From assembly GCA_903813345.2 (NCBI GenBank), contig CAIIXF020000001.1:44764001-44828000 (forward strand): DNA of 64,000 nucleotides, read 5' to 3'. The notes under the pieces are model-generated. The model had not been told where the DNA came from and did not search any database. It saw only the letters and a list, made by a program, of their open reading frames with translations. This stretch comes from Owenia fusiformis (Eukaryota). Positions 1 to 13,200 of the stretch are shown here, in pieces (the stretch's first letter is position 1; each line of letters begins with the position of its first letter). Position numbers and translations under genes: made by a program.

Positions 1-196
1 ACCAGTAGAGTGATATCAATAATGACAGTTACGATTACTAGTTCTGATACACGGGAGTATATTTTGAGAAAATGCGGGCATAATTGGTGATGTTAATTAA
101 CAAAATGGAACACCCTGTAGAACTGGAATATATAATACTGTCTATCCACAAAACATACCATAAAAAGCTGACTTTTAATAGGCGATCATCGTTAAA

Positions 197-1627
197 ATGG
201 AATGTACAATAAAAGTACAGAAATACATTTCGGCGTTATTAGGAATTATTGGCATGTTATTCTGTGGAATTGTGTATGGTTGGAACATTTTTGCAGTTGC
301 GCTTAAGAAAAAATTCAACGGTACACAAACAGATATTGAGAACATCGCAACAAGTGGTGCATTAGGGATATGCATTGGGAGTTTTCCGGCAGGAATTGCA
401 TTTGATAGATTTGGACCAAGAGTGGCGTCTATATCAGCTCTTGTACTAACTGGGTCTGGATATACTCTGATGTGGATGACAACACAATACAGAGGGTTTT
501 TTGCTTCAAATATTTGGCTGATGTGCATTATATACTTTGTCACAATGCTTGGAAACAGTTTCACTTTTATTGCCAGTCTTAGTACTAACTCTATCAATTT
601 TAAGGGAAAGCACCGTGGCAGTATTGTTGGTATACTCAGTGCTGTGTTTGGCTTTAGCCCTGCGATTTTTAGCCTTATCTACGACAGTTATTTTATACAA
701 GGACACATTTTTGACGAGCAGAACCAAAGAGTTGCAGAGTTTATGATATTCCTTGCTATTTGCTCTGTTTCTGTTAATCTGCTGGGCGTTGTGGGTTTAA
801 GAATAGTGCCGGAAGAAACCATGCCGATTTCAGAAGACACAGAATTAAGGCCCATGGATATTACAAATGCAAAGGACAAAGAAAATACTACGACTGATAA
901 TCTAGTAAACAAGAAAACAGAGAAAATAGGAGGTCCGAGTGATAAGACTCCGCTGATTCAAAATGACTTTTCCAATAAACCAGAACTTAACGTTTGTCAA
1001 GTTGTTAAAACATTAAGATTTCATATTTTGTTTTGGATAGTAATCATAATAGGTGGTGTTGGTGCATCGTTCAAAAACAATATCACAACTGTCGTGAAAT
1101 CTGCCCACCTTGAGGCAAAGACAACATCGTTTACAGTTATCATCCCAACATGCTGCTCAGTTGCACGATTTCTAAGTGGAATATTTCCTGTTTGGATTAT
1201 AGATAAATGGAAGAAACTGCCGAAATCCTCAATTCTGCTTTTCTCATCGTTTTTCACATTAGTTTGCCAAACCTTATTTATTTTTTACAATCAGGACTTT
1301 TTAAGCTTGTTTACTAATTCCATGGTTATGAGTGCAGCTTATGGAGCCTTTTTTGTATTAATGCCTATAGTTGTCATTGAGTTATTTGGTAGCAAATACT
1401 TTGCACAAAACTTTGGTTTACTGAATATAGCAAATGGGATTGGGATATTCAGTTTTCAAAAACTGTTTGGTGAACTGTATGAATCAAACAGTCCACCGGG
1501 GTCCATAGATTGTTATGGCGAGCTTTGTACTAGATGGTCATTTGCTATATCTGCCATCATGGCACTGTTTGCTACTTGTCTCAATGTGCTTCTGATGTAT
1601 GCCGAGGTCCGGTTAGTAGGCAAGTAA
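197..1627 (+). CDS. Intronless major facilitator superfamily transporter (nodulin-like / MCH1-like, about 12 TM), 476 aa
   Basis: Single ORF with two blocks of about 6 hydrophobic helices separated by a hydrophilic loop. MFS motif A-like 'GIAFDRFGPR', plus 'NFKGKHRGSIVG', 'ELFGSKYFAQNFG' and a C-terminal 'CYGELC' typical of nodulin-like/MCH1-type MFS proteins. Confidence 0.85.
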   Translation: MECTIKVQKYISALLGIIGMLFCGIVYGWNIFAVALKKKFNGTQTDIENIATSGALGICIGSFPAGIAFDRFGPRVASISALVLTGSGYTLMWMTTQYRGFFASNIWLMCIIYFVTMLGNSFTFIASLSTNSINFKGKHRGSIVGILSAVFGFSPAIFSLIYDSYFIQGHIFDEQNQRVAEFMIFLAICSVSVNLLGVVGLRIVPEETMPISEDTELRPMDITNAKDKENTTTDNLVNKKTEKIGGPSDKTPLIQNDFSNKPELNVCQVVKTLRFHILFWIVIIIGGVGASFKNNITTVVKSAHLEAKTTSFTVIIPTCCSVARFLSGIFPVWIIDKWKKLPKSSILLFSSFFTLVCQTLFIFYNQDFLSLFTNSMVMSAAYGAFFVLMPIVVIELFGSKYFAQNFGLLNIANGIGIFSFQKLFGELYESNSPPGSIDCYGELCTRWSFAISAIMALFATCLNVLLMYAEVRLVGK

Positions 1628-1782
1628 TACATACAGTATGCCATAATGTGCAAATTGATCAAGAGTGAGTATAAGCGCCCCGGCTTGAAAGTCTTACTTT
1701 TTGTTAAAAGTACATTATAGTTCACACTAACACATCTATAAACATATCTATAAAAAATATTTTAGTCCTATATGTTTCTAAA

Positions 1783-2251
1783 ATGCCTTCATATAAGACA
1801 TTCACATGTAAGAAATGCAACTCATCGTGTAATTGTATAATATTTCATTTTCTGCATTGTAATCAATTTTTATCTGAGAGAGACGCATTTCTTGAACGAC
1901 TCATTGATATCTTACCAGTTAAAGATAGTGTAATGCTTTTCAATTTTGATGATGATATTTTCTTACAGACTGTTCTGGGTAGCAGAATAGATTTTGATGT
2001 AGCCAATGACACCATTTATGAAATGTTCGTTATCGAATGTGCAAATACATTTTACAATATAAATATGTATTTCAAATAGGTACGCTTGAATTGTAATGAT
2101 AAAATGTATTTAGAGTCATTTAACTTGTAAATATGTAAATATTAATAACCCTTTACTCTTCTGTAATATATGTTTGTAATGTGATATGCATGTATAAATT
2201 GTTTTGCTCTCCAATAAAACGGAGGAAATAAAGAAACATAAACATAAACAT
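1783..2251 (+). mobile_element. 3' remnant of a non-LTR retrotransposon (LINE)
   Basis: Short ORF with a CxxC...HFLHC...ER zinc-knuckle typical of LINE ORF2 C-termini, followed by an AT-rich UTR, AATAAA and an (AAACAT)n tail at about 2234-2251. Confidence 0.5.
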
Positions 2252-2898
2252 AGAACTTGGACCTATGTTTATATCTATTTCTATAGTTTGAGCATAGAAT
2301 GAAAAGTAGTATGAATAAAAAAGGAACTTAAATCAAATAAAATTGTACTTGATAAAACGGTTGATAATGGTGAAAATGAATGTGACCCTTTTTGAGTCAA
2401 TCATGAACAGATTTTATAATTATAATTTCTTATTCAAATTAATGTAATGGGTGACTGGGTCTATACACAAATACAGGCTAAATTGAATTCATTTGTGTTA
2501 AAAGATACGACCAATTCCATATAAAATCTATATAAAATAAATCAAAACAGTTTCATTCAATTATGAAGAGTATTTTGATTAACATGGCACAAATTTAAAA
2601 ACATTTATTTTGATTCATCAGAAATAAACTGATCATCTCCATTTATAAATTAAATCAAATCTTAAATTATTCCAAATCAAAATACATACATTTGAAAATA
2701 CATTAACATCATTCCTTGGTTTTTCTAAAATATAAATAAATAATACATATAACATGCAAAAAATCTATTGAAATAGTAATTTTCACGCTTTTATTCAAAC
2801 TGATCATACATAGGATTGTAGCAAAATAATCTGACCTATACACACAAATCCAATTGGAAATAGAAACTACAAATATTTCTTGGACTTGGAGACTTGGA

Positions 2899-3500
2899 GA
2901 AGGGTAACTGTAATATTTAAACCAATGAGCATAGTATCCCTTATTTATTGTTGGCTTTACGAAGGGTTACTGTAATATTAAACCAATGAGCATAGTATCT
3001 CTTATTTATTGTTGGCTTTAAGAAGGGTTACTGTAATATTAAACCAATGAGCATAGTATCTCTTATTTATTGTTGGCTTTAAGAAGGGTTACTGTAATAT
3101 TAAACCAATGAGCATAGTATCTCTTATTTATTGTTGGCTTTAAGAAGGGTTACTGTAATATTAAACCAATGAGCATAGTATCTCTTATTTATTGTTGGCT
3201 TTAAGAAGGGTTACTGTAATATTAAACCAATGAGCATAGTATCTCTTATTTATTGTTGGCTTTAAGAAGGGTTACTGTAATATTAAACCAATGAGCATAG
3301 TATCTCTTATTTATTGTTGGCTTTAAGAAGGGTTACTGTAATATTAAACCAATGAGCATAGTATCTCTTATTTATTGTTGGCTTTAAGAAGGGTTACTGT
3401 AATATTAAACCAATGAGCATAGTATCTCTTATTTATTGTTGGCTTTAAGAAGGGTTACTGTAATATTAAACCAATGAGCATAGTATCTCTTATTTATTGT
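2899..3500. repeat. 61-bp minisatellite, about 10 near-identical copies
   Basis: Unit gaagggttactgtaatattaaaccaatgagcatagtatctcttatttattgttggctttaa repeated head to tail with no spacers. Confidence 0.97.
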
Positions 3501-4870
3501 ACATCGTTTTTTAACTAGAAGACTGTAAGCATCTTTATGATTTGAACAATCTGTCAGCCATATTGACTATAAATCCTTTGCTTGGAGATGGGCTTTTGAA
3601 AAATGTCAATCTATAATTCAAAACAGTATTCAGTGTATATTCACTTTTAAAATGTGTAATAACTAATAATTGTGCGCCATATAGACATTTATGTATTAGT
3701 TTAATGCATATGTAAGATACAATAAAGAAATTACATAAGCTGACACGGTTGAAGCATTTATGAATGTCAATTTATCGTAGCAGAACTTATATAACTTGTT
3801 ATATTACATTTGCTAAAACTTGGTAACCCCCCTATCACACCGGTAACTGGTCAACTCAACCCCAAGTCAACTCAACCCAAGTCAACTCAACCCTTAGTCA
3901 AGTCGACCCCAAGTCAAGTCGACCCTTAGTCAAGTCGACCCCAAGTCATCTCGACCCTTAGTCAACTCGACCCCAAGTCATCTCAACCCTTGTAGGCTAG
4001 GCAAATGGAAGTTTAACATCCCAAAAATTGCAACAGTTTTTAAATTAGGCTTATATTGTATATTGATACCAGTTGAAAAACATATCAAAAATATAGAAAA
4101 ATATATGCAGTGGACAAATATGAAATGTCACATTCCAGGTACCCCCCTCCAAATTTGAGTATGGGATTGTAAATATTTTTTTATTTCAAAATGGAATACT
4201 CTTGTCAACTAAACGAGTAATATTATGATAGTTTACTGACATAAGAGCAACTAAAAATTGTTAACCAACTATTTGAGTGCAATAATTGGCATTTCTAGCG
4301 CCAAATATCTGAAAATAGGCCATCAAATAGCCCGAATTTAATATAACAATGTATTTATTTCTGTATCAATTCATCAGAATTGCATGAAAAATATCTAGGA
4401 GGGTATTGTACACCTGAACATTGTCTTTGATAAGTATCAGGGTCATTAAATGAATATTGAGCGTGAAAATAATATTTGAAATTTCAATATTTTACCACAC
4501 CCACTTTTGGGGTGACCTTACTTTTGTTTAATTACTTCCAAGATATGTCACATTTGAACTCAATAGCACAACTAAATTATTTGTAAAGGCTTATTTTGTC
4601 CCGAAAACAGTTTTTTGAGGTTTTCAGAAAAGGATTATGCAAAAAAAGTAGAAAAACAGCAAATGCCAGGTGAAATATAGGGGAAGCCCTACTTTTAGTT
4701 GATAACTGTTAAATTATCAAATGTTTTCTCCTTTTAAATTCAATTTGATATATAATATACCTTTTCTGATAAAACAGAGAACGATTTGTTACAATCAGTG
4801 GTCAAAAAATGTCCTTGAAAAGGCAACAAAATGTTAAATATCCCTGTCACTGACATCAGTTTATTAATAT

Positions 4871-5419
4871 GAGCCAAAAAAGGTAACCCAACCAAATGTT
4901 TGTTAATAACCCAGTCATTCAGCATGGGTTTGACATCATATTTACCACAATTACCTTGTTCAATGTTCTTTCATTCTACTAAGTGTCATTGATCTATCCT
5001 TAATAGTCACGATTTTATGGCCATTTACAAAATGTGCTCAAAATATCGAAATGTGCCTAACTGACTGGACATCAATACCACCAGTTTTTTTTTTATCTGT
5101 GGACCTTTTGTCGATACTAACAACACTTGAAACATTAAAACAAGAGATAAGAATGAAGATGAGAGTCATAACACATGATTTTTATGCTCCTGATTTGAAC
5201 AACACGATACGTTCAAGTTGGCCTCCAGGAATGACACCCATATTTCATGGCATGGTATAAAATGGCCATAAAATCTTGACCACTAGAGACCACTGAGACT
5301 GGGTAGATTGATAATACATTGACCAAGACTCAATTCTGCCAAATATGACACTAAATCCATGCAGGATGATTGGACTGGATTATTAAGATTTGTTTGGGTT
5401 ACCTTTTTGGCTCGCCCTG
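4871..5419. mobile_element. Palindromic Tc1/mariner-type MITE (left tip eroded)
   Basis: gagccaaaaaaggtaaccca... is inverted with ...tgggttacctttttggctcgccctg|TA. Internal arms also pair (gattttatggccattt / aaatggccataaaatc). Confidence 0.6.
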
Positions 5420-7430
5420 TATTAAGGAAAAATTGTTACTTTTGAATAAGGTGTTCTTAACCACACAGTGATATTGAGAAATGAAATGAAGAAGTTCAAT
5501 TGAAGAATGTTCGATTTCAAGATGAAATTCAATAAAAATGAGCCAAAGGTTTCTACATTAATAAATCCTCTTGAGTTAACTAGTGTAACGCAAAGTAAAT
5601 CCCTGGTCTTTATACAGGGCCTGGTTCGATTATGTTATGTTCATTATCGAAAATGCTGCCTTAATTTTGATATCTTAACCTTCATATATGTGTCTTACTT
5701 ATAGAGAGCAAAAAAGAATGCTGATTAAATAAGCTTAATACTATTATGTTTTAACAACAATCAGTTACAACCTTGTCTATCACCAGCCTTCATCAGGGGC
5801 GGATATGGGAACCAACAAGGGGGGGGGGCAAATGTCAGGTCTGAGAAAAAAACTTCCGGGGAAAAAATTTTGGGCCCCTAAAACCCTGAAGTGGGCCCAA
5901 ATTTTGAAATATTGAGACCCATTTTCTTCAATTAAAAAATAAGGCTTTAAATGGCCCATTTATGACCAAAAAGGCCTACTTTTCGGGGCCTTAAGGCCTT
6001 TTTTGGGCCCAATTTTTTTTTAGTCATCATTATTCTCATGATCAGTAATGGAGGTATTTGCACAAATGCCTTTGCATACCTTTTTCATTTTTCTACAAGA
6101 ACATCTCATAGAAATACAATCTGCCTTACACACACAATGGATGATCTCTGAGAAAGGGGAGCTGCATTTAGGCAATTGGTACAGTGGCGTAGCCAGAAAT
6201 TGGTGACCAGGGGTTCGATTTTTTTATGTTATCCACAACCCTCCCCCTTCATCGGTGTACCTCACATAAAAGCATTTTCTGTATTTGTCATACATACAAT
6301 TCATTCTTTAGTTAGAGTTCAATGACAGATATGTCAAATTCTGAAACATGCGATTCCCACACTTTTAGCTGATTTTTGAAAAGATTCCAAATCAAAAGAT
6401 GTTTATTTCATTTTGTTATAGAGGAGTTCCTAATAACCTCATGAACTTACAGTAACTTACTGAATACTAGTATATTCAATAGCAAATATTTTTGAGAATT
6501 TATAATACTTATTTAATCATGGCGCACATTGACAGATGAAAAATAGTAAATTGAATGGAATGAAACAGTCTGAAATTCCAAAAAGACCAAATTAAAATAA
6601 CAATTGATCAACTGTGCTCTGTAACATTAAACATTTCTTTTAAATTTTAATGCCTTGCAACAAAGAACAACTACTCCTGAAAAACCTATTCGTCCTTTCT
6701 TTGAATTGAAAATAAGTTTGGCAACCTTAGCTCCCTCCTCTTTATTTTGAATTTTTATTTACATAACCTGCGAGGATAATAATATTGATGGAAATGTATC
6801 TTGACTTCATTTCCAATGCCACAAATTTTCCCATTTTTTTAAATGTAAACCAAGGGGAACCAATGAGCTTTATATTTAATTAGTAGATTAGATTCAACCG
6901 CAGGCCATCTGAAATTAGGTCTTTGGAGTTTAAAAATCTCGATAATCCGTTGACGATTATCAGTGGATCCGTTATTTTTAGAAAATAAAAAGTGATTATC
7001 AGGAAGCAATGCATATGGGTACACCACGTGATCTTTTATATTTTTTAACAGTGACAATTAAATACTCATTCGAAATAATAAATCTAGACTTATTTGATAC
7101 AATCCTTCTTATGCCTTTGCTTTCCTCAGCAAAAGATGACTGCATTTTTCTTTTTTATTTGACAGAACTTTCCACTGCACGTAATGTGTAATATGTGTAC
7201 CTTTTTAGCTTACACTTGTATTTAGTACCAGAGACATTACCTAATTCCCTCCCTTAATCCATTTATTTGCTAAACATTTATAATTAATGACATTAACACG
7301 ATCCACTAAAGTTTATCGTGGTAAGCCACGCCCTCTCCATCTCTATCCTTCTGGAGGATCTGCGATGCAACAGAGATGCTATGAGTATCAGAATGACTAA
7401 AGTTTGATATTCGTGAAAATAGAGCGTATA

Positions 7431-9093
7431 CACGGGGGATAAGCAAAACGAGGGCGAAGCCACGGACTGCGACTCGCGTAACTTTACACCGCAGCCCAGC
7501 GACAAAATGGAGGGACATCCGGCAGTGCCTTCTGCTTCTTCCGACAAAATAGAGAAATCCAGGTATTTTAAATGCTATCGTAGTGTCTAATCGGTGACCA
7601 AAATATTACTCTGTATCAACTGTTGGTCTGTAGATAAGAAAATAAGCAGTTGTCCAGATCAAGCTAAAACAGTAGCAAAGTTCTGATTTTACCTGTAAAA
7701 TATGTGCATATTATCTAATTTACTATACATTTGAAAGGAGTTTTAACACGTTTCTGATATCTAAAGGTTAGTTGAGGCTCCGAGTATAATTCGTGAAAAT
7801 GATTTGATAATAGAATGTGTTCATGAGGAGAAAATTAGATTCAAACTGCGCATTCATAGTGGACGCAGTCCAGTAAACAAAGCTATTTCAACAACGCAAC
7901 ACAGCCTCCATTGATATTCTAAGCAACGCAGTCCAGCCGCGAACACGAAATAAATAAGATCGTGTAAATTATATTCCTACGCTATTATTGTTTCAGGAAA
8001 AGAAAGTCAGCATCCAGATTATCATTCAAAGTTACGTTGATTAACATATATCTATTACCTGAATCAATGTCCAAAATTGCTATATTGTATCGTTTAAGAC
8101 CTAGAAATATGGCAATTCAATAGCGTATTTGGCAGAACAGTCGAGCGCAAGATGACAACGTAATATGTTTATTACAAACCAATTTGTGGATAGGGTTAAA
8201 TATATAGATAATTGGATAGTGGTGAGACTTGTTATAAGAAGTAGAAATGCGAAACAATTAACTTTTTGATGATGCAATAAAAGCTGTTGGGGAAGGGTAC
8301 ATTAACTAGTATTTAAGATATCAGGAAAATATCAAATAATTGGAGAGTTGGTGAGTTAATGTAATTTTGGATGATCTTTCCAACAGTCCATCAATTGCTA
8401 GCTACCATAAATTCGTGATTTCAGCTGTATTTGACAGCTTGTATATATTTGCAGAATGGATTGAGACACGATGTAGGTCTATTAAAATAGCCCTTTATAT
8501 TCAATTTTGTCCAAAGTTGCTCCATTTCGGCCACACCTGTACACACATTGTGCTATCTACCTTTGGCTGTGATTGCGTTCAGCTTCAGATATAAAGCAAC
8601 ACTGAGTCGCGGACTGCGTTGGGCAGATGGATGGACTGCGACTATTATAAATTCCAATTTTCTATGTAATTGTACGTTTTCCGCTTACCAAATATCACAC
8701 GAAGATGTAATTGTTACAACAGAACATGAATAATTATATTAATTCGATGTCATTTCTGATTCCTTTGTTTAAATCGGTATATTAGGGACAAATATTGACA
8801 AAATTACATTTTTTGTGGCAGATTTCGAATTCATTTGTGTTCATGCTAAACTATTGGACAGCCGAGCACCAAGAATGCCATTGCAGGTGGAGTATGAATA
8901 TGTTGATCACCGACTGGAACATACTAGCTATTCTGTAGAATATCCAAACCAATAATCTACCCCAAATCCTAACATGCCTTCCAAATTAAGTTTGGACTTA
9001 CCGCCATTGTTCAGCTATAATGCGTTGTAACCTCGTTTTGAATTACGCGAGTCGCAGTCCGTGGCTTCGCCCTCGTTTTGCTTATCCCCCGTG
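7431..9093. mobile_element. Non-autonomous DNA transposon with CACGG termini (Chapaev/CMC-like)
   Basis: Perfect 51-bp TIR (7431-7481 / 9043-9093) beginning CACGGGGGATAAG. Flanks TATA / AATA are a possible 4-bp TSD with one mismatch. Internal GGACTGCG/CGCAGTCC motifs recur. Confidence 0.75.
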
Positions 9094-9440
9094 AATACCC
9101 CGAAACAGCAACAATCTAAACTTAATATAATCTCCGAGATAAACGGGCATTTGAATAGAAAACTGATTTTTTCGCAATGTATTTATTTTTCCTTAAAAAG
9201 TGATGGATAATATTCGATCAATTGCTTGTGTTTATAAATGATACATATGCTTTGAATAATAACTCATTTCAAATTGTTTCTATTATTAAATATTTGCTTG
9301 TGAGGACTTATCAGCCCCGGGGACTTGGCAAGATTTTTCGTTTGAAATAAAACAAAACGGAGGCGCACAGATTTCAAAGAAAATGTGTTTTCATCAGTCT
9401 TAAGACAGTTGGTTTATTTCCCCGTAGATGGAGCAGCTTT

Positions 9441-10181
9441 TAGGGTGGTCAAAAAAACGCAACCCAAAGAAATCGCTATATTTTGGACAATGCTAATCTT
9501 ATCCAATCGTGTTCATATTTTCAGGAAAGAAAGGCGAGACTGTGTATGTATAGCTCCTGTTGTTAATTAGTTGAAAAACATGATGTCTGTGTGTATAGCT
9601 CTTGTTGTTAGTAATGCCTTTGACACCTGCTCAAAAGACAATTGCACTTGGAAAATACGAAAAACGCAGTCATAGGTGATTGCACTTTTTGGCACTTCAG
9701 ATTTGGCACAAATTATCCTCATTCAATGTGTGGTGAATTTGTGGACTTTTATCAAAATCACTCCAGGGACTTTACAGTCATGGTCAAAATGCCTTCTTAA
9801 GCCTGCCTGAACCAGGGCGTTTGACTGCGATTTGAAAGCATTTCCATGACTGTAAAGTCCCTGAAGTGATTTTGATTTCACCCTACAGATTTACCATACA
9901 GTGAATGAAGATGATTTGTGCCCAATTTGAAGAGCCATAGACCATGGTTAGGAAGTTATTTTATTTTTCTGCGGTTGCAGTCCTCCCTAACTGCGTTTTT
10001 CGTATTTTCCTAGTACAGCTGTCTTTTGAGCGAGTGTCCAAGGCATCGTGTTTTACAACTAACTATCTACAGGAGCTATACATACACAGTCTCTTCTTTC
10101 TTTCTTGAAAATAAGAATATAATTGAACTAGTATTTTTCAAGATATAGCGATTTCCTTGGGTTGCATTTTTTAACACCCTG
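9441..10181. mobile_element. Palindromic Tc1/mariner-type MITE
   Basis: agggtggtcaaaaaaacgcaacccaaagaaatcgctata is inverted with tatagcgatttccttgggttgcattttttaacaccctg|TA. Arms pair along nearly the whole length. Confidence 0.65.
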
Positions 10182-10221
10182 TAAGTTGGGCGAAATTATC
10201 GATATTTCTTCTTTGCATAAT

Positions 10222-13200
10222 CACTGTTCCACAACTGGATGACTCTAACTGCAGTTAGCTTCATTCAAGATGGTGGACAAAATTCGTTCGTTTTCGATAA
10301 ATCTCCAATTACAGCCAAACCAAGCTGAATCTCGATCCCAAAAGTTTCGCCATGCAAACTAAAAAAGATATAATTGTAAACAACCACAAATAAAGGCTCA
10401 AGCACCCGCGATATTAGAGAAATTGAAAGAAAACGGCTTCACTTAGAATGACTCTAACTGAGGTTGATAATGAAGCTAACTCCAACACATATTTCACCAT
10501 TGATGACTCTAACTGAATGGAGATTTATAATGGGCCATACAAATTACCAATAAGCAGTTCCGTAACCAGGGGAAGCTGGAGGTTCGGTAGTTTCCCCCTC
10601 CCTGGCCAGAAATTATTTCAAATTCCCGCAGGTTTTCACCACTCTGAGCACTTTTCGCACGATTTTCTTAACAAAACTATCAAAAAGCACCCCCCCCCCA
10701 CCGGAGAATATTATCATTCTAAATTGTAAGCGAATGATGGATAAAAAGGGTTTCTTTTATCGTGAAGCAACAATATTGTATACAATGATGTAACAACCTG
10801 AATATTGAAGACATGCAGTTAAAGGCAATGTTCATTTTTATTTGTTCAGTGCATTATCAAAATAATATAAGTGTATACGGTTTACTAAATTATTGCCTAT
10901 GACAGAATTCACTTTCTTATTCTTTTTTAAACTTCGAACACATTTCCTTAATTAATTAGATTATTTGTGAGAGACTGTGTCTTGTCATACGCACTGGGCT
11001 TTGTCTTGTTATGTAACCACATGACCACAGATGATGCCTTCCCATGATACTGGTGGTTAATTGTTCTGTGTAAATATTAAGTAGTTGGTGTGGTGTATAG
11101 TGTTGGGAGTGGTGGCTTAGACCATGTCTTGAGACATTACCTTTTATGGACACGCATGGTCATGCAATCTGTGTCAATTGGTTAGAAGTCTCGTTGATTG
11201 GACCTGGGAGATATGGTCTAGTATCTAAGTTTCCCCAAACCATCGTCAGTTCTTATGTGACAGGTAGAGTATATTTAGTTGATCCTAGGATGATGCCATT
11301 AGTGGTGACATCTCCTATTGTCATTAATGTAGAGCGGCGGCGGCCGGACATCTCGATCCTGTTGCGGATCCTCTCCCTTATGTGTTGGTCATAATAAGGG
11401 CCCAAGATGTTTCGAACTCATGGGGGTATTCCATGATATGTTTCTCATCAGCGGCCAAAGAAAAAGGTTAAGAATATAGTGAGGGTTACTTTATCCTGTT
11501 CAGGTTACGCGTTTCGCGGGATTGTTATTGGTTTCTAGAGAATGTTGTTTTGCTGGGTTAGGTTTTGTTTTGGGATTGTCTCCAGTTGGAGACAGTTAGT
11601 TGGGTGCTAAGTAAATTGGTATCATAGTTTGGTTGTGTTTGTAGATTGTGCCTGATTGTATTTAATAGTGTAATTTAATTGATTTAGTATTGGGTTGTGA
11701 CTGACTCTGTTACTGTGGTTGGTGTCAGGTTGTGTTGTAATGATTCAACAATGGGTTGATTTGAATTCGGTCTCGTTGGCTATGTTGTATTGTGTTAGTT
11801 TGTTGTTTGGTTGTGTTCCATTGTGTTAGTTTGATAGTCGATTGTGTTTTGGTGGTTGTTTGTCTGGTTGAGCCTGGTTGTGTTGTGTAAGTTTGGTATC
11901 GGGTTGTGTCTCATTAAGTTATGTTAATTTCAAAGTGGTTGTGTTATGTTGTAATTGTGTTGTGCTGGTCGGTAGCGGGTTGTGCCCAGTAGGATGAAGT
12001 ATGTGGTTGTGTCAGATTGTGTTGCGTGATTGGTGTTGTTTTCAGAGAGTGTTGGTTGGGTGTTTTCGTGTTCCAGTTTGGTTGTGCCTGATTGTGTTTT
12101 GATTGTTTTGTGTAAAATTGTGTTGTTCTTCGTCAAAAATGGGTTGTGTTTTGGTTTTGTTGTTTTATTATTTGGTTGTGCCAAATTGTGTTGCATATAT
12201 TTGACAATTGGTTGTGTTTTCGGAGGTTAAACTAAGGTTGTAGTATTGGGTTGTGTCGTATTGTGTTGTTGGCTTGTAGTTGGGTTGTGTCTGGTTGTTT
12301 ATTTAGCCTGGTTTCGAGTTGTGCCTTATTGTGTTATGTTAATTTTAAAATGCGTTGTGTTATGTTGTGATTTTGTTATGCTGGTCGGGGGGCAGGTTGT
12401 GCCCAGTCAGGTTAGGTATCTGGTTGAGTCCGATTGTGTTATGTGATTGGTTGTGCCTGATCGTTAAATGAGGGGTGGTCGCGGGTTGTGCCCGATTATG
12501 TTAAGATAGGTGGTCGGTTGTGCCTAGTCGGGTGAGTTTATTTGGTTCTGTTCGGTTGTGTTGTGTGATCTCTCTGTGTTGGGGTTTTAGGTTGGTTGTT
12601 CCTGATTGTGTTTTGATAGTTTGGCTTGGTTGTGTGGTTGTGCCAAATTGTGTTGTGTTAATTTGACAGTGGGTTGTGTTCTTGGTAATTGTGAGTTCAG
12701 CTGCGTTCCAATTCTTCAGACATTGGTTGTGTTGCGTTGTTGGTGATCTTATGGGTTGTGCTTGGTTGTAATGTTTGGTTGTGATAGGTTGTATATTGAG
12801 TAGCAGGTCATGCCGAATTGGGTTTTGGTGTATCGTGGAGTATAGATACAAGTGGTGTTGTTTTCAGAAAGTGTTGGTTGGGTGTTTTGGTATTCCAGTT
12901 TGGTTGTGCCTGATTGTGTTTTGATTGTTTTATGTAAAATTGTGTTGTTCTTCGTCAATAATGGGTTGTGTTTTGGTTTTGTTGTTTTATTATTTGGTTG
13001 TGCCAAATTGTGTTGCGTATATTTGACAATTGGTTGTGTTTTCGGAGGTTAGACTAAGGTTGTAGTATTGGGTTGTGTCGTATTGTGTTGTTGGCTTGTA
13101 GTTGGGTTGTGTCTGGTTGTTTATTTAGCCTGGTTTCGAGTTGTGCCTCATTGTGTTATGTTAATTTTAAAATGCGTTGTGTTATGTTGTGATTTTGTTA

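Noticed and set aside
175..1725. Antisense and alternative-frame ORFs over the MFS gene (similarly at 41326-41616 and 51677-52447)
   Set aside because: They are shadow ORFs of real coding exons.
2899..3500. Regular repeat array resembling CRISPR
   Set aside because: The units are contiguous and identical with no unique spacers, the context is eukaryotic, and there are no cas genes.
6839..7330. Possible decayed coding sequence on the - strand inside the Academ-like element
   Set aside because: There are multiple stops and no motif I can recognise, so no call is supported without a search.
10222..10260. RAG recombination signal sequence / ProtoRAG
   Set aside because: Only a heptamer-like CACTGTT is present, with no nonamer at 12/23 spacing and no RAG1/RAG2-like coding sequence.
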